From: Myxococcota bacterium
Lineage (GTDB): Bacteria > Myxococcota_A > UBA9160 > UBA4427
Assembly: GCA_046583095.1 (NCBI GenBank)
Contig: JAYGDB010000143.1
Span: forward strand, 2,937-66,936
Length of the DNA: 64,000 nt
Direction of reading: 5' to 3'
The notes below the pieces were generated by a model, which saw only the letters and a list, made by a program, of their open reading frames with translations, was not told the origin of the DNA and searched no databases. The translations under genes were made by a program, and so were the position numbers. Within the stretch, counting starts at the first letter, position 1; each line of letters opens with the position of its first letter. Shown piece after piece: positions 1-7,479 of the stretch.

Positions 1-204
1 ACAAGTGCCCCCCCACCCGGTTCGGGCGGGGGCAAGCTATCAGACGGCTTCGCGGAGGTCTACGCGGGGGCGTCGAGGCAGGCGGAGAGGCGTTCCGCAT
101 CCCAGATCGAAGACCCGTCCAGATCTGCCACGAACGCGAGTCCGGGTGTTGTCGTTCGCCGGACACTCCCTCCCTTGGCGAACCGTCGCGCCAACCTCAT
201 GGCC

Positions 205-693
205 TTAGCCTGAACCCGAGCCGCGCCGACGCGCGAGGGCCGCCTCCAGGTCGGCTGCCTCGATCAGCCCGGCGTGCTCAGAATCCACGATTCCGTCGGG
301 CCCCACGATGTACAGCGTGGGAAAGCCCTGCGCACCGAAGCTGCGCGCCGCATCGTCGCCCCCGAGTAATACCTTGTAGCGGACACCCTTCGAGTCGACC
401 CACTTGGCGACGACCTCCGGCTCGCCGAAGTCGACGGAAACGCCTAGCACCTCGACGTCACCATCTGCCTTGTGCGCCTCCCAGAATGCATTGAGCGCCG
501 GGACCTGGAACTCGCAGGGCAGACACCAGGTGGCCCAGAAGTCGATCACGACGGTCTTGCCGCGCAGGTCGGCGAGGTGGACCGTCCCGCCGTCGAGCGT
601 CGCAAGAGTGAAATCCGGCGCCTCGCGCCGTGCGGCTCCCACCAACTCCGCGAGCGCACTCTCACCCGGGGACTCGCCGCACCCCCAAATCAA
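205..693 (-). CDS. TlpA/ResA-family thiol:disulfide oxidoreductase (thioredoxin-like, probable lipoprotein)
   Basis: 162-aa ORF with thioredoxin-fold CxxC motif FWATWCLPC and TlpA-like layout. In-frame codons upstream (694-735) encode a lipoprotein-type signal RKRLAVALSLLVASLIWGC, but no ATG/GTG/TTG precedes them, so the start is uncertain. Confidence 0.85.
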   Translation of the reverse strand: MIWGCGESPGESALAELVGAARREAPDFTLATLDGGTVHLADLRGKTVVIDFWATWCLPCEFQVPALNAFWEAHKADGDVEVLGVSVDFGEPEVVAKWVDSKGVRYKVLLGGDDAARSFGAQGFPTLYIVGPDGIVDSEHAGLIEAADLEAALARRRGSGSG

Positions 694-742
694 CGAGGCG
701 ACGAGCAGCGACAGAGCGACTGCCAGGCGCTTCCTGCAGGCG

Positions 743-1162
743 CTACCAGGCTTGGTCGTTGTCGGGCTCCACCGGCGAGGCCACCAGATCCATCTGTTCT
801 TCTGACGCCTGCTCGGGTTCGCGACCGAAGAACTCGACCGGTTGCTCGCCCCGCAGATGATCCGGCGTGATCACGTAGTCTCCGAGCACGCTCGGTGTCA
901 GTACGACCTTCGCGACGTTCTGGTCGCCACCCGAGAAGGCCCAGGCGAGACCGCCGATGACCATACCGCCAACCGCGTAGCAGAGCTTCGCCGGCGCGTA
1001 GACGAGACTCGCGACCGCGGCGCCCGCGCCAAGACCGGCGTCCTTCGTCATCTCCAACGTATCCGCCATGACGGATGCGGGCGCAGTGGCGATGAAGCCG
1101 CACAGAAGCCAGCGGATGGCAAGGCTTCGCCCCTTCGAACGTCCGATCTTGCAAGTGTTCAT
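743..1162 (-). CDS. hypothetical secreted/membrane protein (Gly/Ala-rich hydrophobic core, acidic C-terminus)
   Basis: Start set at ATG 1162, preceded by the SD-like GGAGAGG (reverse complement of 1165-1171). Signal-like N-terminus. No family recognised. Confidence 0.5.
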   Translation of the reverse strand: MNTCKIGRSKGRSLAIRWLLCGFIATAPASVMADTLEMTKDAGLGAGAAVASLVYAPAKLCYAVGGMVIGGLAWAFSGGDQNVAKVVLTPSVLGDYVITPDHLRGEQPVEFFGREPEQASEEQMDLVASPVEPDNDQAW

Positions 1163-1196
1163 AACCTCTCCTGTTTGCAGAGCCTGCAGAGACTGC

Positions 1197-1219
1197 AAAA
1201 CGGCAGCAAACTGCCGTTT
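1197..1219 (-). terminator. intrinsic-terminator-like hairpin after dtd
   Basis: On the minus strand: AAACGGCAG-TTTG-CTGCCGTTTT (9-bp stem, 4-nt loop, T-run), between the dtd stop (1322) and the next start (1162). Confidence 0.45.
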
Positions 1220-1321
1220 CCCCCGATTGGGAGTGTGCCGCTTCCCGAAGATGAGGGCAAGAGCCAAACGGTTCACGAGCAAGACTCAGGCCGAAGACAA
1301 CGGACCGAGAAGGTCGCGGAA

Positions 1322-1759
1322 TCAGATGTCGACGAGAATTGTGACGGGCCCCACGTTCGTTAGCGTGACTTCCATCTGGGCACCGAAGCGACCCGTAATC
1401 ACCCGCACACCTTCCGCTCGCGCGGTCTCGGCGAGACGCTCGATCAACGGCTCCGCCACCTCGGGAGCTGCAGCGTCGCCGAAGAACGGGCGCCGTCCCT
1501 TGGTGCAGTCTCCGTACAGGGTGAACTGCGAAACCACAGCCAGATCGCCGCCGGTCTCGAGGAGCGAGTGGTTCATGCGCCCGTCGTCGTCCGGGAAGAT
1601 CCGAAGCTGAACGAGCTTGCGCGCCATCTCGTCGGCCTGACGCGACTCGTCGCCCCGGCGAGCGGCCACGAGACACAGCAGGCCGGCGCCCATCTCGCCG
1701 ACGACTTCGCTCTCGACGCAGACCGTCGCCGTACTGACTCGCTGAACGACGGCTCGCAT
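1322..1759 (-). CDS. dtd: D-aminoacyl-tRNA deacylase
   Basis: 145 aa. MRAVVQRV N-terminus, SQFTLYGD and GxFGAxM motifs typical of Dtd. Confidence 0.93.
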   Translation of the reverse strand: MRAVVQRVSTATVCVESEVVGEMGAGLLCLVAARRGDESRQADEMARKLVQLRIFPDDDGRMNHSLLETGGDLAVVSQFTLYGDCTKGRRPFFGDAAAPEVAEPLIERLAETARAEGVRVITGRFGAQMEVTLTNVGPVTILVDI

Positions 1760-1763
1760 CCCG

Positions 1764-2276
1764 CTAGACGTCGTCCTGGTCGGCGAAGCGACCCTCGTAG
1801 ATTGCCTCGCCCTCCGTCCGCATCAGCACCAATTGGCACACCGACACGCCGGCATGGATGCCGAGCGACCGGCTCGAGACATTGCTCATCTCGAGCACCT
1901 GTCGGTTCCGCACCCCCGGCTGCACGAACGCGGAGGTCACGTGCACCATCAGACCCAAGCGCGCGAAACGGCTGCGGCCCTCCAGAAAGCCGCAGATGTC
2001 AGGCGGCAGCGTCACCCGCTCGCGCGTAATTCCGTGGATGGTCACGCCGGGTTCGAGCACGAAGCCCTCGCGCAGGGACTCGACGCGGGTGTGGTCGCGG
2101 AAATCCGTCTCGTCTCGGATCTCGATGGGCAGCTCACCCGCCTCGGTGATGCGAATCTCGTCGCCGAGAGTCAGATCGATGGACGCAGCCCCGATCCGAC
2201 CGCGATCCAATGGCTCGATGCCCAGGCGTCCCGACTCGATCTCGCGAAGGATCATGTCGCGCGTCAGGACGGCCAT
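1764..2276 (-). CDS. dcd: dCTP deaminase family protein
   Basis: MAVLTRDMILREIESGRLGIEP aligns with the E. coli Dcd N-terminus [21 protein letters not shown]. Start taken at the internal ATG 2276 rather than the ORF-track start 2351. Confidence 0.85.
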   Translation of the reverse strand: MAVLTRDMILREIESGRLGIEPLDRGRIGAASIDLTLGDEIRITEAGELPIEIRDETDFRDHTRVESLREGFVLEPGVTIHGITRERVTLPPDICGFLEGRSRFARLGLMVHVTSAFVQPGVRNRQVLEMSNVSSRSLGIHAGVSVCQLVLMRTEGEAIYEGRFADQDDV

Positions 2277-2303
2277 GCCGGGCCGCATGGTATCGTATCG
2301 CCG

Positions 2304-3119
2304 ATGTCCCACCCCTACTTCGAAGTCGCGGGTCCCATGATCCTCGGGCATCGCGGCGCTGCCGGATGCGCGCCGGAGAACACGCTGCTGTCATTCGCGC
2401 GCTGTCTCGAACAAGGAGCTCACGCCATCGAGAGTGACGTCCAGGTGACCGCAGACGGCGTTCCGGTTCTGATCCACGACCGCGATGTCGGAAGGATCAG
2501 CAACGCGAGCAGCAGCGTCGAAGAACTGACCCGGGCAGAGCTGGAGAAACTCGACGCGGGTCACCACTTCACGATCGATGAACGCGGCACCACGGAGCCC
2601 GATGCGGACGACGCGTTCCGCGGCCAGGGACTCTACGTACCGAGCGTGCGTGAAGCCTTCGAGGCCTTCCCCGAGGCGCGCTTCAACCTCGAAATCAAGA
2701 CCGCGGCGAACGACGCCGTCGAGAAGGTGGTGGAGTTGGTCGCAGAACTCGACCGGGCAGACCGAACCCTGCTGACCGCCGGCGACGACGCGATCATGGA
2801 GTCCTTGCGGAAGACCCTCGCCCGGCGCGGTGTCGAGACAGCCACCAGCGCGTGTATCTCCGAGGTAGTAGCCGTAGTGCAGTCGGCGGTGAAGAGCGGC
2901 AACCCACCCGCCGAGGTGCAATCGCTGCAGATTCCGACCCGTTTCGCGGGCCGGGATCTCATCACCGACGCCCTGCTGTGCCACTGCCGCGAGAACGGCA
3001 TCCAGGTACACGTCTGGACGGTCAACGACGTCGCCGAGATGGAGCGCCTGCTCGACTGCGGCGTCGACGGCCTGATCACGGACTTTCCGGGTCGCTTGGC
3101 GCGCCTGCTGGGAACGTGA
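2304..3119 (+). CDS. glycerophosphodiester phosphodiesterase (GDPD family)
   Basis: C-terminal 271 aa of ORF 1833-3119. Motif ILGHRGAAGCAPENTL plus the E..D/H pattern is typical of UgpQ/GlpQ. Alternative start at ATG 2335. Confidence 0.87.
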   Translation: MSHPYFEVAGPMILGHRGAAGCAPENTLLSFARCLEQGAHAIESDVQVTADGVPVLIHDRDVGRISNASSSVEELTRAELEKLDAGHHFTIDERGTTEPDADDAFRGQGLYVPSVREAFEAFPEARFNLEIKTAANDAVEKVVELVAELDRADRTLLTAGDDAIMESLRKTLARRGVETATSACISEVVAVVQSAVKSGNPPAEVQSLQIPTRFAGRDLITDALLCHCRENGIQVHVWTVNDVAEMERLLDCGVDGLITDFPGRLARLLGT

Positions 3120-3135
3120 CGGCGCCGCGACTCGC

Positions 3136-3210
3136 GTTGAAGACTCTGGTGCTCCGTTGAAGACTCTCTTGGTCCGTTGAAGACTCTCTTGGTCCGTTGA
3201 AGACTCCGTC
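3136..3210. repeat. 20-bp tandem repeat, about 3.75 copies (unit GTTGAAGACTCTCTTGGTCC)
   Basis: Copies at 3136-3155 (gttgaagactctggtgctcc), 3156-3175 and 3176-3195 (identical, gttgaagactctcttggtcc), and a partial fourth copy at 3196-3210. Lies between the GDPD stop and the methyltransferase start. Confidence 0.95.
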
Positions 3211-3730
3211 CCCGCCCTCCGCCTTCTATGCCGCGAATCGGGAGCGGCTGCGCGACGCGGCGCGCCTCGGCCCCGTCGCCGACCTCGCGTGCGGACGTGG
3301 CCGGCACGCGCTGGCTGCAGCCCGGGATGGACTCCCGACGCTGGGGCTCGACCGAAACTCGGACTTCCTGGCAAGCCTGCGCGTGCGATCGACGCTCGAG
3401 AGCCTGCCGCTCCACCTGCTGCGCTGGGATCTCGAGACCCCGCTCGGAGTCCCTTTCGCTCCGGCGCGCTGCGGCGCAATCCTCGTCTTCCGTTTCCTCT
3501 ACCGTCCGCTCGCCCCGATTCTGGCTGAGCTTCTCGCACCCGACGGGATGCTGCTCTACGAGACCTTTACGACCGGGCAACTCGAGCTCGGCGAGGGGCC
3601 ACGAAACCCGGCCTTCCTGCTCGAACCCGGGGAACTGCCGGAACTGTTCCCGAGCCTCGAGATCGTCTCATGTGACGAGGGACTCCACGAAGACGCCATC
3701 ACGGCGCAGCTCGTAGCTCGACGGCGGTAA
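3197..3730 (+). CDS. class I SAM-dependent methyltransferase
   Basis: Motif I VADLACGRGRHA and a post-I acidic loop (LGLDRN). The only available start is TTG 3197, which lies inside repeat copy 4, so the start is uncertain. Confidence 0.7.
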   Translation: MKTPSPPSAFYAANRERLRDAARLGPVADLACGRGRHALAAARDGLPTLGLDRNSDFLASLRVRSTLESLPLHLLRWDLETPLGVPFAPARCGAILVFRFLYRPLAPILAELLAPDGMLLYETFTTGQLELGEGPRNPAFLLEPGELPELFPSLEIVSCDEGLHEDAITAQLVARRR

Positions 3731-3781
3731 CTGGCGAACCCTGCGGATCACTCGCTGCGAAGCGCGGAGCGGGTTCTTCAC

Positions 3782-4855
3782 TCAGACGCGTAGACGCGCC
3801 AACGCCCAACGCGCGTGCTCCGCCAGGATGGGATCGTCGCCGTTCGCGTGCCGCTCGACGTGCGGGCGCAACGCGGGGTCCCCTGCGTTGCCCGCCGCCA
3901 CCAGCGCGTTTCGCAGCAGGCCCCGGCGCTTCGCCCGACGTAGCGGACTGCGTCGGGTGGCGTTGCGCCACGCTTGCTCGTCGAGATCCAATACCCACGC
4001 GAGCGAGGGCGGCGCCCACTCGTCGCGAGATTCGAGTCGCGCGCGCAGGCCGAGAGGATCGGGCGGCAATGACGTCGCCCGGCGCAGGTTGCGCTCGTTG
4101 AACGGACACACCTCCTGGCAGACGTCGCAGCCGAAGAGCCACGAGCCCTGGCGCTCCCGCAGCTCGTGAGGAATCGGACCCGGGTCCTCGATGGTCGTGT
4201 ACGAGAGACAGCGTGTCGCGTCCAACACATGGGGGCCGACGAAGGCGTCCGTGGGACAGGCGTCGAGACAGGCCCGGCAGCTACCGCAGTGGTCGACCTC
4301 TCGCTCGTCCGGGGTCATCGGGAGCTGGGTCAACAGCACGCCCAGGAAGAGATATGAGCCCAGGGACGGATGAATCAGCATTGTGTTCTTCCCGATCCAC
4401 CCCAGCCCGGCCTCCGCGGCAAACACGCGCTCCTGCACGGGCCCCGTGTCCACGTAGGTGCGCACCTCGAGCGCCTCACCACACCAGGCCTCCAGAGCGG
4501 ACGCGAGCGCGCGCAGCCGGTCTGCCATCACGTCGTGGTAGTCGTCGCCCTGCGCGTAACGCGCAATGCGGGCAGAAGAGTCCTCTCGCTCGGGCGAGCC
4601 GGCGACGTCGTAGACGAGTCCGACTGCAACCACGCTTCGGGCGCCGGGCAGCACGCGCCGGGGGTCTTCTCGCTCGTCGAGCCGACGCAGAACGTAGTCG
4701 AGCGGTCCGCCGGGGGGGCCCCCGAGCCCCCTGCTCGCCCACTCACGCACGAAGCGCGTCTGCTCCGTCGGCTCGGCCCGGGCCACGCCGACGAGGTCGA
4801 AGCCCACGGCTCGGGCGAGCTGCTTGGCAGCTTCGGCGTTGCGTGTCGGATTCAC
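3782..4855 (-). CDS. queG: tRNA epoxyqueuosine(34) reductase
   Basis: Two ferredoxin-type clusters (CGSCRACLDACP and CDVCQEVCPFN), the HPSLGSYLFLG motif and a HEAT-like C-terminus. Start set at GTG 4855 so that it does not overlap the divergent GH1 gene. Confidence 0.87.
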   Translation of the reverse strand: MNPTRNAEAAKQLARAVGFDLVGVARAEPTEQTRFVREWASRGLGGPPGGPLDYVLRRLDEREDPRRVLPGARSVVAVGLVYDVAGSPEREDSSARIARYAQGDDYHDVMADRLRALASALEAWCGEALEVRTYVDTGPVQERVFAAEAGLGWIGKNTMLIHPSLGSYLFLGVLLTQLPMTPDEREVDHCGSCRACLDACPTDAFVGPHVLDATRCLSYTTIEDPGPIPHELRERQGSWLFGCDVCQEVCPFNERNLRRATSLPPDPLGLRARLESRDEWAPPSLAWVLDLDEQAWRNATRRSPLRRAKRRGLLRNALVAAGNAGDPALRPHVERHANGDDPILAEHARWALARLRV

Positions 4856-4909
4856 GGGCGGGAGGATACCCGCCCCGCTCGCGGGGAGTCGGGTTATGCT
4901 CCGCCCGAC

Positions 4910-6265
4910 ATGGCACGTCTCCGGTTTCCCGAGGGCTTCCACTGGGGAGCCGCCACGGCCTCGTACCAGATCGAAGGGGCCTGGAACGAAGACGGCAAGG
5001 GCGAGTCCATCTGGGACCGCTTCAGCCACACCGAGGGCCGCGTTCGCAACGGCGACACCGGGGATGTCGCGTGCGACTCGTATCACCGCTTCCCCGAAGA
5101 CGTCGCACTACTCGAGGAGATGAACCTCACCAGCTACCGGTTCTCGATCTCGTGGCCCCGGATCCAACCCGACGGGCGCGGCACAACGAATGCCAAGGGC
5201 CTCGACTACTACCGACAGCTGGTGGACGCGCTGCTCGCGGCCGGGATCCGCCCCTTCCCGACGCTGTATCACTGGGATCTGCCGCAGCCACTGGAAGACG
5301 CGGGCGGCTGGACATCCCGAGACACCGCTGGCCGCTTCGCGGATTACGCCGAGATCGTCACTCGCGCGCTCGGCGACCGGGTGTCCGACTGGATGATTTT
5401 CAACGAACCGAGCATCTTCCTGGCGATGGGCTACCTGGCGGGCATTCACGCGCCCGGGCGGCGCGGGCTGGACACCTGGCTCCCCGCGAGCCACATCGTG
5501 AATCTGGCCCAGGGACAAGCCTTCCAGGCCATGCGGGCCAGCGCCGGAGACGCCCGGATCGGGACGGCCCTCGCACTCGCCCCGTGCGAGCCAATGCGCG
5601 ACACCGACGCCGACCGCGACGCCGCCGAGCGCTGGCACCAACTCACGAACACCTGGTGGCTCGATCCGGCGCTCGGGCGGGGCTACCCGGCCGTCCACCC
5701 GGACGGCCTGCCGGTGCGCGCCATGGGGGTCCTTCCGGGAGATCTCGCGCTCTGCCAAGCACCGCTCGACTTCATCGGCGTGAACCTCTACATGCGGTGC
5801 GGCGTCCAAGCCTGCGAGGGCGGGCCGTTCGGTATCGATGCCTTGTCGACTGCCCCAATGGGTCTCGACCAGGGACCGCGCACCCACTGCAACTGGGAGG
5901 TCTGGCCCGACGCCCTCTACGACATGCTGATGCGTCTCACACGAGATTACGACGAACCCGAACTCGAAATCACGGAGAACGGCTGCTCGTATCCCGATGG
6001 ACCTGACGAGAACGGCGTGATCCACGACGACCGGCGGATCGAGTTCTACCAGGGCTACCTCGGGGCGGTCGCGCGGGCGATCGCTGACGGCGCCCGCGTG
6101 TCGGGCTATCACGCCTGGAGCCTGCTCGACAACTTCGAGTGGGCGGAGGGTTACGGCGAGCGATTCGGACTCGCCTGGGTGGACTTCGAAACCGGCGAGC
6201 GGACGCTCAAGGAATCCGGCCGCTTCTTCGCCGAAGTCGCCTCAGCGAACGGGTTCGAGAGCTGA
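4910..6265 (+). CDS. GH1 beta-glucosidase
   Basis: FPEGFHWGAATASYQIEG N-terminus, acid/base FNEP and nucleophile ITENG motifs. 451 aa. Confidence 0.93.
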   Translation: MARLRFPEGFHWGAATASYQIEGAWNEDGKGESIWDRFSHTEGRVRNGDTGDVACDSYHRFPEDVALLEEMNLTSYRFSISWPRIQPDGRGTTNAKGLDYYRQLVDALLAAGIRPFPTLYHWDLPQPLEDAGGWTSRDTAGRFADYAEIVTRALGDRVSDWMIFNEPSIFLAMGYLAGIHAPGRRGLDTWLPASHIVNLAQGQAFQAMRASAGDARIGTALALAPCEPMRDTDADRDAAERWHQLTNTWWLDPALGRGYPAVHPDGLPVRAMGVLPGDLALCQAPLDFIGVNLYMRCGVQACEGGPFGIDALSTAPMGLDQGPRTHCNWEVWPDALYDMLMRLTRDYDEPELEITENGCSYPDGPDENGVIHDDRRIEFYQGYLGAVARAIADGARVSGYHAWSLLDNFEWAEGYGERFGLAWVDFETGERTLKESGRFFAEVASANGFES

Positions 6266-6270
6266 CGAGA

Positions 6271-7290
6271 GTGACCGCGATTGAAGACAAGCTGCTGTTC
6301 CTGATCGGTCCACCGCGCTCGGGCTCGACCTTGCTGACGCGTATGCTCGGCAGCCACAGCGCCATCCATGCGCCCGACGAACCGCATCTCCTCACGCCCC
6401 TGGCCCACCTCGGCTACTACGCAAAGGTCGATACCGCCCCCTACGACCCGATCATCACCCGGCTCGCCATGCAGGAGCTCGTGAACGCATTGCCGGCGGG
6501 TGAGGACGACTACCTCGCCGCCATGCGCTCTCTGACCGACTCGCTCTACGAGCGCCTTCTCACCCCGAGCGGCCGCAGCATGCTGCTCGACAAGACGCCC
6601 GCTTACGCGCTGATCCTCGACTTCGCGGCGAAGCTCTATCCGAACGCACGCTACATCGTGCTGACCCGTCACCCGATGGCCGTCTGGTCTTCCTTCGTCG
6701 AATCGTTCTTCGACGGCGATCACGAGTCGGCTCACCGCCATCAGCCCCTGCTGGAGCGGTACGTCCCGGCGATCGCCCGCTTCCTTCGCGAGCGCCCGGC
6801 TCCCGTCCACCATGTCCACTACGAAGAACTGGTCCAGAGCCCCGAGGCCGAAGTGGAGAAGATCTGCAGCTTCGCGGGGCTTCCCTTCGAGCCCGACATG
6901 ATCGACTACGGGAAGCAGGGCAGCGCGCAGGAGTCGGCCCGCGGCCTCGGCGACCCGATGGCCGTGTCGAGACACAGCCGCCCCACTACGGGGTCCCTCT
7001 CGAAATGGGGCCAGCAGCTGACGGGCAAAGCCGAGATGGTCAGCCAGTGCCAGCACATCCTGGCCAACCTCCTCGACGAAGACCTCGAAAGCTGGGGCTA
7101 CGAGCGACGGGCCATCGCAGCCGAACTGGACGCGATCGACCTCGGGGAAGCCCGGCAGAAGAAGCCCTCCCTGACCCGCTACAGCCTCGAGCGCAAGGTC
7201 GCCACACGATTGCGGAAGAACATCCACCACAACGCCCTCGGACGGCTCGTGCGCAAGCTCCGCTCGGCGTGTGACGTCCTGCTCAGGTGA
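6271..7290 (+). CDS. sulfotransferase family protein (PAPS-dependent type)
   Basis: 5'-PSB-like loop IGPPRSGSTLL near the N-terminus. GTG start 5 nt after the GH1 stop. 339 aa. Confidence 0.83.
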   Translation: MTAIEDKLLFLIGPPRSGSTLLTRMLGSHSAIHAPDEPHLLTPLAHLGYYAKVDTAPYDPIITRLAMQELVNALPAGEDDYLAAMRSLTDSLYERLLTPSGRSMLLDKTPAYALILDFAAKLYPNARYIVLTRHPMAVWSSFVESFFDGDHESAHRHQPLLERYVPAIARFLRERPAPVHHVHYEELVQSPEAEVEKICSFAGLPFEPDMIDYGKQGSAQESARGLGDPMAVSRHSRPTTGSLSKWGQQLTGKAEMVSQCQHILANLLDEDLESWGYERRAIAAELDAIDLGEARQKKPSLTRYSLERKVATRLRKNIHHNALGRLVRKLRSACDVLLR

Positions 7291-7306
7291 TCCGGGACGC
7301 GCGACC

Positions 7307-7315
7307 TGCTATATC
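7307..7315 (+). promoter_or_regulatory. possible extended -10 element (TGcTATATC)
   Basis: The only A/T-rich hexamer in the 33-nt gap. It ends 8 nt before ATG 7324, and no SD is present, which would give a leaderless or near-leaderless small mRNA. Confidence 0.25.
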
Positions 7316-7323
7316 TCTGCACC

Positions 7324-7455
7324 ATGAATGAGAGCCTCCTCGGCCCTGAACTCGCGTCAGAGGACACCTACGAGCCGCCGACGGTCGAGGTCATCTCCCT
7401 CGATTGCGAAATCTCTTCGTATGCGCCGGACGAGGGTGACACTCCCCTCTTCTGA
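7324..7455 (+). CDS. unannotated 43-aa hyperacidic peptide (candidate RiPP/sulfopeptide precursor)
   Basis: Translated by hand: MNESLLGPELASEDTYEPPTVEVISLDCEISSYAPDEGDTPLF. ATG to TGA. 33 of 43 codons end in G/C. 11 acidic residues and 0 K/R/H. It fills the gap between the sulfotransferase and DUF502 genes. Confidence 0.5.
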   Translation: MNESLLGPELASEDTYEPPTVEVISLDCEISSYAPDEGDTPLF

Positions 7456-7479
7456 GCGACGCCCCCGGTCGTCGAGGCA

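Noticed and set aside
5-208. ORF 5-208 (+), a 46-codon minus-strand ORF (60-200), and an imperfect GC hairpin at 7-33
   Set aside because: Translations are Arg-rich or featureless with no motifs, codon bias is unconvincing, and the window edge prevents context. The hairpin has an internal loop and no clear T-run.
3136-3210. Could the 20-bp repeats be a mini CRISPR array or a frameshift-type phase-variation tract inside a gene?
   Set aside because: The copies are directly abutting with no spacers, so this is not a CRISPR array. Each unit contains TGA and the 20-nt period places TGA in all three plus-strand frames (3138, 3158, 3178), so no plus-strand protein can read through. The minus-strand ORFs that do read through (2391-3539, 2633-3580) are antisense artefacts.
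4213-6006. Very long ORFs in alternative frames or strands (for example 4213-6006, 690-1676, 2391-3539, 6151-7230, 14197-15561, 20040-21383, 60326-62668) and N-terminal extensions of real genes (1833-3119, 27441-30200, 28658-30550, 33038-35035, 51978-54128, 57090-60329)
   Set aside because: These have Arg/Pro/Gly/Ala-rich low-complexity translations typical of stop-codon-poor off-frames in high-GC DNA. Each overlaps a frame with clear family motifs. Only the motif-bearing portions were annotated.
7324-7455. Lasso-peptide precursor (YxxPxV leader-like motif)
   Set aside because: There is no lasso cyclase (Asn-synthetase-like), B1/B2 (RRE or transglutaminase protease) or ABC exporter in 64 kb. 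If Ser31 were the -2 position, the putative core (YAPDEGDTPLF, 11 aa) would be too short and start with Tyr. Only the shared RRE-type motif was kept as an observation.
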